Position numbers and translations under genes: made by a program. The notes under the pieces are model-generated. The model was not told the origin of the DNA, searched no databases, and saw only the letters and a list, made by a program, of their open reading frames with translations. DNA of 64,000 nt from Malacoraja senta (taxonomy: Eukaryota): contig CM075983.1 of the NCBI GenBank assembly GCA_038087875.1, positions 43,772,001 through 43,836,000 of the forward strand, in the 5' to 3' direction. Positions 48,259 through 60,939 of the stretch are shown here, piece by piece (position 1 is the stretch's first letter; every line of letters begins with the position of its first letter).

Positions 48259-49516
48259 TATAAAACTAAACCTGAGTGGTAAAAACGAAAAAATCCATTA
48301 CAAAGTGCTAAATGAGGTTCATGATGAGGGATGCTAAATGCTGCCAGATAGTTTAATGAGTTTGTCTTCCAAGCAACCTCACATTCCTACTCTTTCTGAA
48401 AGTAATTAAGCAATTGACAATGAAGATGCAATTCCCAGACGTGGTAATGAGATGCTGTGAGAGCACAGATCCCACCAGAAGGGATTGCTTATTAAATATT
48501 TATTGTGTGTGTAGCTTCATCGCTCGTACTACAAAGCACAGGGCTCTTTCAGTGAATACTTGTCTCCTGCTTTACAAGACCAGTGTAATCATTCTAAAGA
48601 TCAATATTTCATTGTACATGTTAATTGTTTGTAAAGCAAAAAGCCGCCACTGTACGTGACACCTGCTACTGCTCAAAGCCTCGCTCGGCCGATCCGTGGG
48701 TGGAGTGAGGGCAATGTTATTGGTCGGTTTAATGAGTCTCGCAAGATAAATGTTACCCTCTCCGGGATGTGTGTCGGAGTACTAGTGGTGGTTAACTTCA
48801 CTCCAAGGCTGTGGTCTCGGGCTGAATACCAACAACTTCTCAGCACACCATGTTGCATTTGCAACTCGGCGAGAGAGAGGAAAAAAATAAATTGAATGCA
48901 GGAGCAGTCATTTAACAGGGGAGAGCTTTAGATTTACGAAGCATTCATCCACCGACCAGGGCTAAATCAAATACCGCGAATGAAAATGGATTTAACAAAT
49001 TAGAGTGCGTGTAGCATTGTTTCACATGGTGCTCTTCAGCTTTGCATATATGATCTTGCACTGCATACTACCCAATTAATTCACAGAATACAGTGGGGAT
49101 TTCAGGCACCTCTGTTCCTCAATGCTTTGCATAGCTCATTATATTTGGCACCACTATCTGTGTACAATTACTGGAACATAAAGGCATCCACACCAATATT
49201 TTTTTCAATACTCTGACCTAAATGTAGCATTTTCATTTTGTTCGACTTTTAATAAAATATTTACAATGTTCGTCAGTTTCACAAAGATGTTGGTGCGAAA
49301 ATCTGCCTTTGATAACACATTTTACATCCATTCAAAAAAAAGGATTTCATTGCCAGAGGAAAATGGTCCACTTCAGCACTTGGAGTAGTGAAAACAGCAG
49401 GCATAATGCAGAGGAGATTTAATGCAGTGATATATTACAGGAGGAAGAATGAGGAGAGGCAAGATAAACTCGATTATACAATTTTATACAGCAGGAGCAA
49501 ACAAAATCAGGATAAA

Positions 49517-50135
49517 GGGCAACACAGTTGCACAGCTGGTAGTTCAGTTTAGCTTAGAGATACAGTGCGGAAATAGGCCCTTCAGCCCACTGAGTCCACG
49601 CTGACTAACGATTCCGGCACACTACCACTATCCTACACACTAGGGATAATTGACAATTTTATCAAATCCAATTAAGCTACATACTGTACGTCTTTGGAGT
49701 GTGGGAGGAAACTGGAGCACCCGGAGAAAACCCACGCAGAACGTACAAACTCTGTACAGACAGCACCCATAGTCAGGATCAAACCCGGGTCTCTGGTGCT
49801 GTAAGGCAGCAAAGCTACCGCTGCACAATTGTGCTGCCCATACCGCTGCCTCCTCACAGTGCCAGAGACCAGGGTTTCATCTTGACCTCGAGTGCTGTCT
49901 GTGTGGAGTTTGCACGTTCTCCCTGCGACTGTGTGGGTTTCCTCCGGGTGCTCCGTTGTCCTCCCACATCCCAGAGACGTGTGGGTTTGTAGGTTAATTG
50001 ACCCTCTGTAAATGGCCCCGAATCTGTAGGATGCAAAAGTGGGTTAACATAGAACTAGTGTGAATGGGTGATCAATGGTCGGTGTGGAATTGGTGGGCTG
50101 AAGGGCCTGTTTCCATTCTGTATCTTTCAATCAAA
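49517..50135. mobile_element. Plus-strand SINE split by a minus-strand SINE (about 49543-49840)
   Basis: Plus head gggcaacacagttgcacagctggtag resumes at ccgctgcctc after the reverse copy. Confidence 0.8.
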
Positions 50136-50619
50136 CAAAAAACTTTGAAGGGTGAACAAAAAACGTGTAATCCTTGGTCTTTAGCATAGAACCTTCTAGT
50201 GCAAAAGCAAAGAGGTAATGACAATGTTTTAACTTGCACTGATACACTCTCATCTTCAGGAAGAGTAACTAATTATCTTGTTATTTTCCTTGTCACCAAA
50301 ACGAATGAGAGGCAGGATTTATTTCCATGGCATTTCTCAAACATCACAGAGTTCTTTGCAATCAGTGCAGTAATTGAAATGATGGTGGTGTTGAAATGTA
50401 GGGATTGTATCTTTACTGTTGTAAATTGCCAGGCAATCTACACTCAACCCACAATGTTAAAATGGATGAATATTAAATTGGGAGTTAAATATTAGACAGA
50501 AATAGGCCAGGATAGAGTGGATGTGGAGAGGATGTTTCCACTATTGTGGGAGTGTAGGACTAGAGGGCACAGCCTCGGAATAAAAGGACGCACCTTTAGA
50601 AAGGAGATGAGGAAGAATT

Positions 50620-51900
50620 TAGAAACATAGAAAAATAGGTGTAGGAGTAAGCCATTCGGACCTTTGAGCCAGCACCACCATTCAATATGATCATGGCTGA
50701 TCATCTAAAATCAGTACCCCATTCCTGCCTTTTTCCCAATATCCCTTGATTCTTTTAGCCCTAAGAGCTAAATCTAACACTCTTGAAAACATCTAGTGAA
50801 TTGGCCTCCACTGCCTTCTGTGGCAGATAATTCCACAGATTCACAACTCTCTGGGTGAAAACGTTTTTCTTCATCTCAGTCCTAAATGGCCTACCCCTTA
50901 TGCTTAACTGTGACCTCTGGTTCAGGATTCCCCCAACATTGGAAAAAAATCCTGCATCTAGCTTGTCCAATCCTTTAAGAATTGTATATGTTTCTTTAAG
51001 ATATCCTCTCATCCTTCATAAATTCCAGTGAATACAAGCTCAGTCGACCTATTCTTTCAACATACGTCAGTCCCACCATCCCGGGAATTAACCTGGTGAA
51101 CCTCCGCTGCACTCTCTCAATAGCAATAATATCCTTCCTCAAATTAGGAGACCAAAATTGCACACAATACTCCAGGTGCAGTCTCACGAGGGCCCTATAC
51201 AACTGCAGTAGGACCTCCTTACTCCTAAACTCAAATCTTCAAAACCAACATGCCATTATCTTTCTTCTCTGCCTGTTGTACCTGCATGCTTACTTTCAGT
51301 GACTGATGTACAAGCACACCCAGGTCTCGTTGCACCTCCCCTTTTCTTAATCTGACACCATTCAATTAATAATCTGCCTTCCTGTTCTTGCCACCAAAGT
51401 GGATAACCTCACATTTATCCACATTATACTGCATCTGCCATGCATCTGCCCACTCACCTAACCTATCCAAGTCACCCTGCAGCCTCATAGCATCCTCATC
51501 ACAGCTCACACTGCCACCCAGCTTTGTGTCATCCGCAAACTTGGAGATGTCACATTTAATTTCTCACTTCTAAATCATTAATATATATTGTAAATAACTG
51601 GGGTCCCAGCACCGACCCTTGCATCACCCCACTCACTAGTCACTGCCTGCCATTCTGAAAAGGACCTGTTAATTCCTACTCTTTGCTTCCTGTTTGCCAG
51701 CCAGTTCTCTATCCATGTCAATACCCTACCCCCAATACCATGTGCTCTAATTTTGCACACTAATTTCTTGCGTGGGGCCTTGTCAAAGGCTTTTTGAAAG
51801 ACCAGATACACCACATCCACTGGCTCTCCCTTATCCATTCTATGTGTTACATCCTCAAAAAATTCCCGAAGATTAGTCAAGCATGATTTCCCCTTCATAA
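50620..51900 (-). mobile_element. CR1 LINE with degenerate RT, nested in a plus-strand CR1 fragment (50500-50619, 51901-52130)
   Basis: FMKGKSCLTNLREFFEDVT...VDVVYLVFQKAFDK; LVRLHLEYCVQFWSP. Confidence 0.92.
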
Positions 51901-52159
51901 AGAATAGGATGGTGAATGTGGAATTCATTGCCACAGACGGCTGTGGAGGCCAAGTCGTTGGGTATTCAAAGATTGACATATTCTTGATTAGTACGGTGTC
52001 AGGGATTATGGGCAGAAAGCAGGAGAATGGTTTAGAGTGGGTAAGATTGTAGTAGTCTTGATGGGCTGAATGGTGGAGTAGTCTTGATGGGCTGAATGGC
52101 CAAATTCTGCTCCTATAACTTATTACTTATGAAAACTAGGAATACTTCCTCAAGCAAAA

Positions 52160-52432
52160 TGCAAAGAGCTGGAGGAAGTCACCAGGTCAAGCAGCATCTG
52201 TTATGGAAATGGACAGATGACATTTTGGGTCCGAACTTTCTTCAGACTGATTCTTGTGTGAAGTCTGAAGAAGTGTCATGATAAAACATTGCCTGTACAA
52301 TCTGCCTGAAGAAGGGTCCCGACCCGTGATGTTGCCTGTCCATTCTCTCCCCAGATGCTGCCTAATTCTCAGATTTACTTGAGCTCTTTGTGTTTTGCTC
52401 AAGACTCCTGCATCTGCAGTTCCTTGTGACTC
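52160..52432. mobile_element. Penelope-derived fold-back
   Basis: Inverted terminal arms with degenerate ctgaagaaggg motifs. Confidence 0.7.
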
Positions 52433-53134
52433 TCTGATGCATGTTAATAGATTCAGAATTTGCATACTTAAAGTGGTCAACAAACTGAAACAGGTTGACA
52501 TACAAACCTCTGAAGATGTATTAGAGTAATTAACAACAGTGCAAAGGAAATGAATGAGCTGGTGAAGTAAATATGACACAATCACTTTCACTGTGGGTAA
52601 CCACACACATGCATTTTGACAACACAACCCTTAATAAAGACAGACGCTTGGTGCTGGAGTAACTCAATTGATCAGGCAGCATCTCTGGTGAACATGGATA
52701 GGTGACGTTTCGAATAGGGACCCTTCTTCAATCTGATTGTGGTGGAGGGGTGCGAAAGTTGGAGAAGAGGTGGAGGCAGGACAAGGTCTGGCAAGTGATA
52801 GGTGGATACAGGTGAAGAAGTAGTAACAAGGACATGCAAATGGGGAGGCGGGAAGGCGGGGCAGTGAGAAAAGGCCAGAACAAATCAGGGCCAGCAACAG
52901 GTGACCTCAGGAAGGGTGGAGTCCATCATTTATGTCAGTGTTCTTTGTTTAATTTAGTTTTAGTTTAGAGACACAGCATGGAAGATTCCAGCATTTTTAT
53001 TCTCTTGAGACTTGTTATTGAGCAAATTAATGGCTACCTGACAATATCTCCTCGATTTCTTTGGTGATGGTTTATTTTTGATGAAGTATCTTGTTTCTTT
53101 TTCTGTTTTGAGGATGGTTTATAAGTGTGAGGAA

Positions 53135-53420
53135 ACACTGTGTCCACGCAGACCAGCAATCACCCGTTCACACTAGCTCTATGTTGTCCCACTTTCGCAT
53201 CCACTCCCTACACACTAGGGGCAATTTACAGAGGGCCAATCAACCTACAAACCCACAAGTCTTTGGGATGCGGGAGGAAATTGGAGTACCCAGAGGAAAC
53301 CCACGCGGTCGCAGGGAGAACATTGCAACTCCACACAGACAGCACCCGAGGTTGGAATCGAACCCAGGTCTCTGGTGCTGTGAGGCAGCAGCTCTGCCAG
53401 CTGCATCACTGTGCTGTCCC
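53135..53420 (-). mobile_element. V-SINE
   Basis: Reverse copy. Confidence 0.85.
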
Positions 53421-53848
53421 TGTGAATTTTAATTTCTGGTAACTCTACATACAGCTCACAGCAACTGACAAAACAAATAATGCTTTGATTGTTTTTGTCG
53501 ACTGCATTATTCAAAGCATCGTTTAACAAGAATGAATTTGATAATAAACAGATGTTTATAATTTTCACATATTGCTGTGATTTCATAGCTATAATTCACG
53601 GGTAATATATGATTTACAAATCCAATATTATGCAAGAGGACATAATCAAAGACTGTAGCAGATAATACAGAATCTCTCAGTCTCAATAATTGCAGTGATG
53701 GTGTTGATAAAATTCATAATTAAAATAAAACATTGATTTGATATATTCCCCAAGATTACATGATGATATAGCTTTCATTGGTCCTTTACTGCCTGTGATA
53801 AAATGATTAAATTAATGCATTGACTTTTTTTCGATCCATGTTTTATAA

Positions 53849-54148
53849 GGTGGTCACGGTGGCGCAGCAGTAGAGTTGCTGCCTTACAGTGAATGCAGCG
53901 CCGGTGACCCGGATTTGATCCCGACTACGGGTGCTGTCTGTACGGAGTTTGTACGTTCTCCCCGTGACCTGCGTGGGTTTTCTCCCACACTCCAAAGACG
54001 TACAAGTTTGTAGGTTAATTGGCTTGGTAAATGGAAAAATTGTCCCTAGTGGGTGTAGGATAGTGTTAATGTGCGGGGATCGCTGGTCGGCGTGGACCAA
54101 AGAGCCTATTTCCGCGCTGTATCTCTAAACTAAACTAAACTAAACTAA
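53849..54148 (+). mobile_element. HE1-like V-SINE, young and CpG-rich
   Basis: Full copy, (ctaaa)n tail. Confidence 0.9.
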
Positions 54149-54169
54149 AAGACATCCATGTACCTCAGA

Positions 54170-54775
54170 ATACAAGGATGTACCTTTTAAAATAAGATGA
54201 GGGGGAATTTCTTTATTGTGGTGAATCTGTAGAATTCATTGCTACAGACGTCTGTGGAGACCAGGTCATTGGGTATTTTAAGGCAGTGATCGACAGATAC
54301 TTGATTGGTATGGGTGTCAAGGGTAATGGGGAAAAGGCAGGAGAATGGGGTTGAGAGGAAAAGCTACATCAGCCATGTTTGAATGGTGGACTAGGCTACA
54401 TGGGCTCTTATGAACTCATGAAAATCATGAGGTGAAAAGTTAAGGTAAATGCACAGACTTTTTCCCAGAGTAGGGGAATCAAGAACCGGAGGATGTGGAT
54501 TTAAAGTAAGTGGAGAAAGATTTTTTAAAAACCTGAGGGGCAACTTTTTCACACAGAAGGTAGTAGATATATGAAACGAGCTGCGAGAGAAGGTAGTTGA
54601 GGCAGCTACTACCACAACATTAAAAAAACAAATTTGGATAGATACATGGATTGGAAAGGTTTAGACAGGTATGAGTCAAACGCAGGTAGGTGGGACAAGT
54701 GTAGATGGGGCATCTTGGTCGCCATCAAGAAGTTGGGCCGAAGGGCTTGTTTCCAGACCGTGTGGCTCCATGACA
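54170..54775 (+). mobile_element. Two CR1 3' fragments
   Basis: Two different CR1 tails in tandem. Confidence 0.75.
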
Positions 54776-54859
54776 CAGGCACATAATTTAGCAATTCTGA
54801 TCAATACCTTCATGTATAAGACAACTTGTAAAAATAAAAAAACTGTAGATACCTGCAGA

Positions 54860-55173
54860 GGGCGGCATGGTGGTGCAGAGCCAGAGTTGCTAACTTACAG
54901 TGCCAGAGACCAGGGTTTGATCCTAAGTACAGGTGCTGTTTGTACGGAATTTGTACGTTCTCCTCATGACCCGGGTTTTTCCTGGGTGATCCAGTTTCCT
55001 CCCACATCCAAATACATGCAGGTTTGTAGGCTGATTGGCTTCAGTAAAGATTGTGAATTATCCCTGTTGTGTAAGATAGTGCTGGTGTACAGAGAGCGCT
55101 GGTCAGCGTGGACTCGGAGAGCCGTAGGGCCTGTTTCCACTTTGTATCTCTAAACTGAATTAAGCTAAACTAA
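54860..55173 (+). mobile_element. HE1-like V-SINE
   Basis: Full copy. Confidence 0.85.
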
Positions 55174-55489
55174 ATACTGAAATTTGGAACAAAAATTGCA
55201 GGAAGATGAAAGTCAGGCTGCATCTATGGCACGAGAAACAGATTAAATCTTTCAAGTGGAAGATTTTTTGTCAGAACACACCTGTTGAGTATTTCCAGCA
55301 CGTTTTGCTTTTATAAAAGACATCTTGTTGGTTAAACGGTTACTCATGGAAATAAATGATTCACACCTGATGGGTGAATTTTTGAACCACTGTTATAGTT
55401 TAATTCCCTTTGCATAAATAGTACATTTGGGATCTCTGCAGCATTTGAGCCCAGGTAAATGGTCCCCCTGGTCATTATGTAACCATCGT

Positions 55490-55785
55490 GTAGCCACACT
55501 CAAATTGGACGAACAGCATCTCATATTTCGCTTGGGCAGCTTACAACCCAGTGGTATGAACATTGAACTCTCTAACTTTAACTAACTTCATCTCATACTT
55601 CCCAGCCCTTCCCCCTCCCTCTTTGCCCCCTTCCTCCTCCCTCATTCTTTTACGAGTTCCACAGTTCTCCACATTGTTTCTCTTGAGATCACACATCTAC
55701 GAGACACTGCCCTACCGAAACGTCACCCATTCTTTTTCTCCCGAGATGCTATCTGTCCCGCTGAGTTACTCCAGTACTTTGTGAT
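55490..55785 (+). mobile_element. Penelope 3' remnant
   Basis: gaacagcatctcatatttcgcttgggcagcttacaacccag and terminal repeat. Confidence 0.75.
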
Positions 55786-56164
55786 ATCTTCATGTCACAT
55801 ACCAACATGGGACCACCTCAACGTCTTGAGGTTTAGGTTTATTATTGTCTTGTGTAGTGAAAAGCTTTTGTTTGCATTCCATCCAATCAAATCAGATAAA
55901 CAACAGAAGACACGAAGTGCTGAAGTAATTCAACGGGTCAGGCAGCATCTCTGGAGAACATGGACAGGTGACGTTTCAGGTCAGGACCCTCCTTCAGATG
56001 AATGTAGAGAGGGAAAGGAAAGCTGGAAGAGATGAGGGGCAGGACAAAGGCTGGAAGGTTTTTTGATAGGCAGATGTTTGGACAAAAGCCTGAGATGAAA
56101 AGACAGAAGGTGTGATTATAAAACAACATCTGGAGTTCCTTGTTTCTACAGTTAATACTAGACA

Positions 56165-56550
56165 TGAATCCAATCAAGCCCAACTCAAGCACTCCAGGCA
56201 GAGCAAAGAGAAAGGTACCAGAGTGCAGAATATAGTTCTTTGCATTTTAGTGTAACTGTTCCAGAAAAAAGTCCAATGTCTGCAATAAGGTAGAGGAGAA
56301 TTGGACAGTCCCCTCGCTTATGAAAGGACCATTCAGAAGTCTGATAACAGAGGGGAGGAAGTCATTCCTGAGTTTAGTAGTTTGCGTTTTCAAGCTTCTG
56401 TATCTTCTACCCATTGGGAGGTGAAAAGATCTTTGATTATGTTGGCTGCTCTCCCAAGGCAGTGTGAAGTGTAGATGGTGGAGAGTCTGGTCTGTGTGAT
56501 GGACTAGGCTACATCTACAAGTCTCTGCAATTTCTTGTAGTCTTGGGCAG
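56165..56550 (-). mobile_element. Rex1/Babar fragment
   Basis: Homologous to 37470-37760. Confidence 0.75.
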
Positions 56551-57292
56551 CAGGTGTGGGAGCGGCATCACCTGCAAACACCTATTTTGTCCCGGAAGTG
56601 GTACAGTGACGCAGCTGCCAGGGCCACTGCCTCACAGCATCAGAGACCTAGGTTCGATTCTGACCTCGGTTGCTGTCAGTGTGGAGCTTCCACGTTCTCC
56701 CTGTGACCGTGTGGGTTTTCTACGGGTGCTCTACTCTCCTCACACATCCCAAAGACGTGCGGGTTAGTAGGTTAAATGTATCAGGTGTAAATAAACATGA
56801 TAACTAGTGAAACTGACAAAGTGCTGGAGCAACTCAGCGGGTCAGGTAACATCTGTGGAGAGGATGCGCAAATGACATGTCTGGTTGGGACCCTTCATCA
56901 GTGTGGTGGGGGGTGGGGGTTGAGGAAGCTGGCAAAGGGATTGGGACAAAGTCTGGCAAGTGATAAGTGGATACAGGTGAGGGGGTGGGCTTGTTTGAAT
57001 TACAGATGAAATTGCAGAGTAGATGAAAAAGGCTGGAAATGAAAAGGAGACAAATGGGTGCCAGATAACGTGAGAAGAGTGAAATATTTTAGTTTAGTTT
57101 AGTTTATTATTGTTACATGTATCAAGGTACAGTGACATTTTTTTTTTTTGGTACATGCTATCTATTCAGCATAAAGAGTATACATGATTACAGTCAAACC
57201 GTCCACAGTGTCCAGATACCAGACAAAGGGAAATGTAAAACTGGAGGGAGGGATGGGATGAAAAGGGACATGGGGAAAGAGGTGGATAAAAG

Positions 57293-57845
57293 GGGAGGCA
57301 CGGTGGTGCAGCAGTAGAGTTGCTGCCTTAAGGGCCTGTCCCACTTTCACGACCTAATTCACAACCTTTTTTACGTGGACATTTTTCATCAGGCTAGAAA
57401 AACGCCCCGACCTACTTGATTTCACGAGTACCTACGACTAGCATCACGACCTACCTACGACCTCCTACGACCTCGTGACGACCATGCTGCGAGTATGAGT
57501 CAAGGCAAACTCGGCATAGGTCGTGAATTAGGTTGTGAAAGTGGGACAGGCCCTTTACAGCGCTAGAGACCTAGGTTCGATCCTGATTATGGGTGCTGTC
57601 TATATGGTGTTTGTACGTTCTCCCTGTGACGTGCATGGGTTTTCTCTGGGTGCACCGGTTTTCTCCCACACTCCAAAGACATACAGGTTTGTATGTTAAT
57701 TGGCTTCTGTAAATTGTAAATTGTCCCTAGTGTGTGTAGGATAGCATTGGCGTTCGGGTTGATCACTGGTTGGCGAGGACTCAGTGGGCCGAAGGGCTTG
57801 TTTCCACTCTGTATCTCTAAACTCTAAACTAAACTAAACTCTAAA
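57293..57845 (+). mobile_element. V-SINE interrupted by a MITE
   Basis: gctgcctta|cagcgc rejoins after MITE removal. Confidence 0.88.
57331..57554. mobile_element. PIF/Harbinger-type MITE, 224 bp
   Basis: 37-bp TIR AGGGCCTGTCCCACTTTCAC(G/A)ACCTAATTCAC(A/G)ACCT; TSD TTA (57328-57330, 57555-57557). Confidence 0.92.
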
Positions 57846-58434
57846 AAGGAAATAGTGGATTGGGGAGATGAGTGTATGGAGGAGGTCAATATGCTCTCTG
57901 CCGTACACCTGTAGAACTTCAAGAGCATTAAAATCTAAGGGGTTTACACTGATAGGAGCCCAGGGACCTTATGATCTCCTATTTGTTTCACATAGAGCTT
58001 TACGCTAAACCTACTTCACAGAGTGCTGGATTAGTGCAACATGATTGCTACTTCTAGTTCAAATCAATAATTCATACCTTGAATTATTTTGCATTTTAAA
58101 CTTCAGTTTTTGAGATTAATAATAAAAAAAATTAGGAAAGCCTTTTGCAGAAATTCAAGTTTATGTTTGTTAAGTAAATAATTTATTAAAATCAAAATTA
58201 ACATCATATTTTCCTTCATGTACATACAGCAGTTCATTTTCAGAAAGAAAGCATGGTAATGCATTATTAATCACTTTATTATTCAATTTATACTTTAAAA
58301 TAATTTTACATGGTTAATTTAGTCATCAAAACTTTAAATAAAACATTAGCTAAATAGGCTGTGGCAAAGGCAGCCAATTCAATTCAACAAAAACATTAAG
58401 CATAAACATTTAACTTTATCCAACACTGATTTGA

Positions 58435-59052
58435 GGTACACAAAAATGCTGGAGAAACTCAGCGGGTGCAGCAGCATCTATGGAGCGAAGGAAATAGGCA
58501 ATGTTTCGGGCCGAAACCCTTCTTCAGACTGATAGGGGGTGGGGAGAAGAAAGGAAAAAAGGAAAAATGCAGAGGAGGAGCCTGAGGGCTGGGGGAGGGG
58601 AGGAGACAACCAGAGGGCTGATGAAGGGGAGGCGACAGCAAGGGCTAGCAGAATTGGGAGAATTCAATGTTCAAGCCCGCAGGATGTAGACTGCCCAAGC
58701 GGAATATGAGGTGCATTTCCTCCAATTTACGGTGTTGCTCGCTGTGGCCATGGAGGAGGACAGAGAGGTCAGATACGGAATGGGAGGGGGAGTTGAAGTG
58801 CTGAGCCACCGGGAGGTCAAGTTGGTTAATGCGGACCGACCGGAGGTGTTCGGCGAAACGATCGCCAAGCCTCCGCTTGGTCTCACCGATGTAGATCAGC
58901 TGGCATCTAGAGCAGCGGATGCAATAGATGAGGTTGGAGGAGATGCAGGTGAACCTCTGTCGCACCTGGAACGACTGCTTGGGTCCTTGAATGGAGTCGA
59001 GGGGGGAGGTGAAGGGACAAGTGTTGCATCTCTTGCGGTTGCATGATGCAAC
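58435..59052 (-). mobile_element. 5'-truncated Penelope-like element with open GIY-YIG endonuclease segment
   Basis: ORF 58645-59055 CNRKRCNTC...NLIYCIRCSRCQLIYIGETKRRLGDRFAEH...GLN; 11-bp flanking direct repeat CACTGATTTGA (58424-58434, 59053-59063). Confidence 0.92.
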
Positions 59053-59148
59053 CACTGATTTGAAGTGGTCTTAATGCAGTCCAGGGTGGGTGCTTGAAGT
59101 CTGACAGTCAACTTGCGAGTGGGTTTGCAGTGTCTTGGTTAATAACAG

Positions 59149-59462
59149 CTTTAGTTTGGTTTAGTTTAGAGATACAGTGGGGAAAAGACTCTTTGGCCCA
59201 CCCAGTCCACGCCGACCAGCAATCCCCAAACATTGGTACTATCCTTCACACTAGGGACAATTTAAAAAATGTTACCACACCCAATTAAACTACAAACCTG
59301 TACATCTTTGGAGTGTAGGAGGAAACCGGGGCTCCCAGGGAAAACCCAAATGGTCACTGGAAGGACATACAAACTCCATACAGACAGCACCCATAGTCAG
59401 GATTGAACCTGGGTTTCTGGCGCTGTAAGGCAGCAACTATACCGCTGCGCCACTGTGACATC
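59149..59462 (-). mobile_element. HE1-like V-SINE
   Basis: Full reverse copy. Confidence 0.85.
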
Positions 59463-60939
59463 CAGCTGTGAATATTGTTGCAGTAACTCATAAGAAAAAG
59501 GCATAAGATCTGGTAGTTCTGGGTCTCTGGTGCTGCCACTCTACTGCTGTTCCACTGTTCTTCACAACAAATGGATCATGATCTCACAAGTTCATGAGTT
59601 CATAAGTTATAGGAGCAGAATTAGGCCATTTGGCCCATCAAGTTTACTCTGCTATTCAATCATGCCTGATGAATCTTTCCCTCCTCAACCCCATTCTCCT
59701 GCTTTCTCCCCATAACTGATACCTTTACTAATCAAGACTCTGTCAATCTCCGCTGCCTGTGGCAATGACTTCCACAGATTCACCACCCTCTGACTAAAGA
59801 AATTTGGTTCATGCAAACTAAAGCTGAGGACAGTCAAGTCAGGAAGTGTTGCGATGCCCGGAAGATTGTGGGGAGATTGGAGGGTAGATTGGGAGAGAGC
59901 ATAAGAGAAAATAGAGTGGAAAAGCAGAGGAGACAGTGTGGAAGAGAATGGAGGGAGAGACCGAGGGTAGAGAGGGAAGTGGAAAGAGAGGGAGAGCAGG
60001 GGGCCAGGGAGAAGAGAAGGGGTGCCATTGTATAAACATTCACACAAGCCACTGTTCAACACAACCATTAAATTAAGCAGTCTATAACCAGTACACCATT
60101 AACAAAACCTGCACGAAATACAGTTTATGATCCCTTAAAACAAACACTATTTCAGTAATTCCTGTATTATAGTTTTCTTAACATAATCCTTGCGACACCA
60201 CACCCATTAAAGTAACAGAATCTCTAAACAGCACAGAATAAAGGGAGCCTGTGTACTCTGCCTAGCTAACGGTGATGTCTACTTACAAAACCACATTGCT
60301 TCCCTGGTGAGGTTCTATTTTGAGGCACAATTATAATTGAAAAAGAATCCCTTTTCAAGTTGGCTATCAGTCGGAGTGCAAAACAAGAAACACTGCTTCA
60401 ATTCTAAGCAGCACCTCAGAGAACATTATCATTGCAGTAAAAGCTCCATATTCAGCAAATTTATGGCAGTACATCTGCATCTGCAGCCTTCTCTCTGGAA
60501 ATAAATTGAAAGATACAATTTCTTTCCGTCTATGTGGGCTATCATGAATTCGAAAAGGTATTTCACTATCATCTTCTTTGGTTTGCACATCAAGTCAGGG
60601 CAATGAATGTGTACCAGTGTCGTGATGGATTGCTCAAATGACCTACATTTGGAAGGGAGATGGCTCTATACATTACAGCTGCCAGGGAGAATGGTTGAGT
60701 TTTCAGTGCTGGGGCACCGATGGTTAACATGTTGTCAAGAGTCAAGCAAGAGTGTTTTATTGTCCTATGTCCCAAACAGAACAATTAAATTCTTACTTGC
60801 AGCAGCACAACAGATATGTAAACATAGTGCTCCGTAAACAATATAATAAATGAAAAAAGTTCAGTATATATATATGTGTGTGTATGTGTGTATGTGTACA
60901 CAGGCATATATATACTGTATACATATATATATATAAATA

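Noticed and set aside
47842-48337. Long ORFs
   Set aside because: Almost entirely N
53890-53898. 9-nt extra TGAATGCAG near the MITE target site, as an excision footprint
   Set aside because: Does not duplicate TTA or resemble the TIR; more likely a SINE subfamily variant
58645-59055. Domesticated GIY-YIG nuclease gene
   Set aside because: 5'-truncated TSD-flanked insertion; the annotated start lies in the junction and flank
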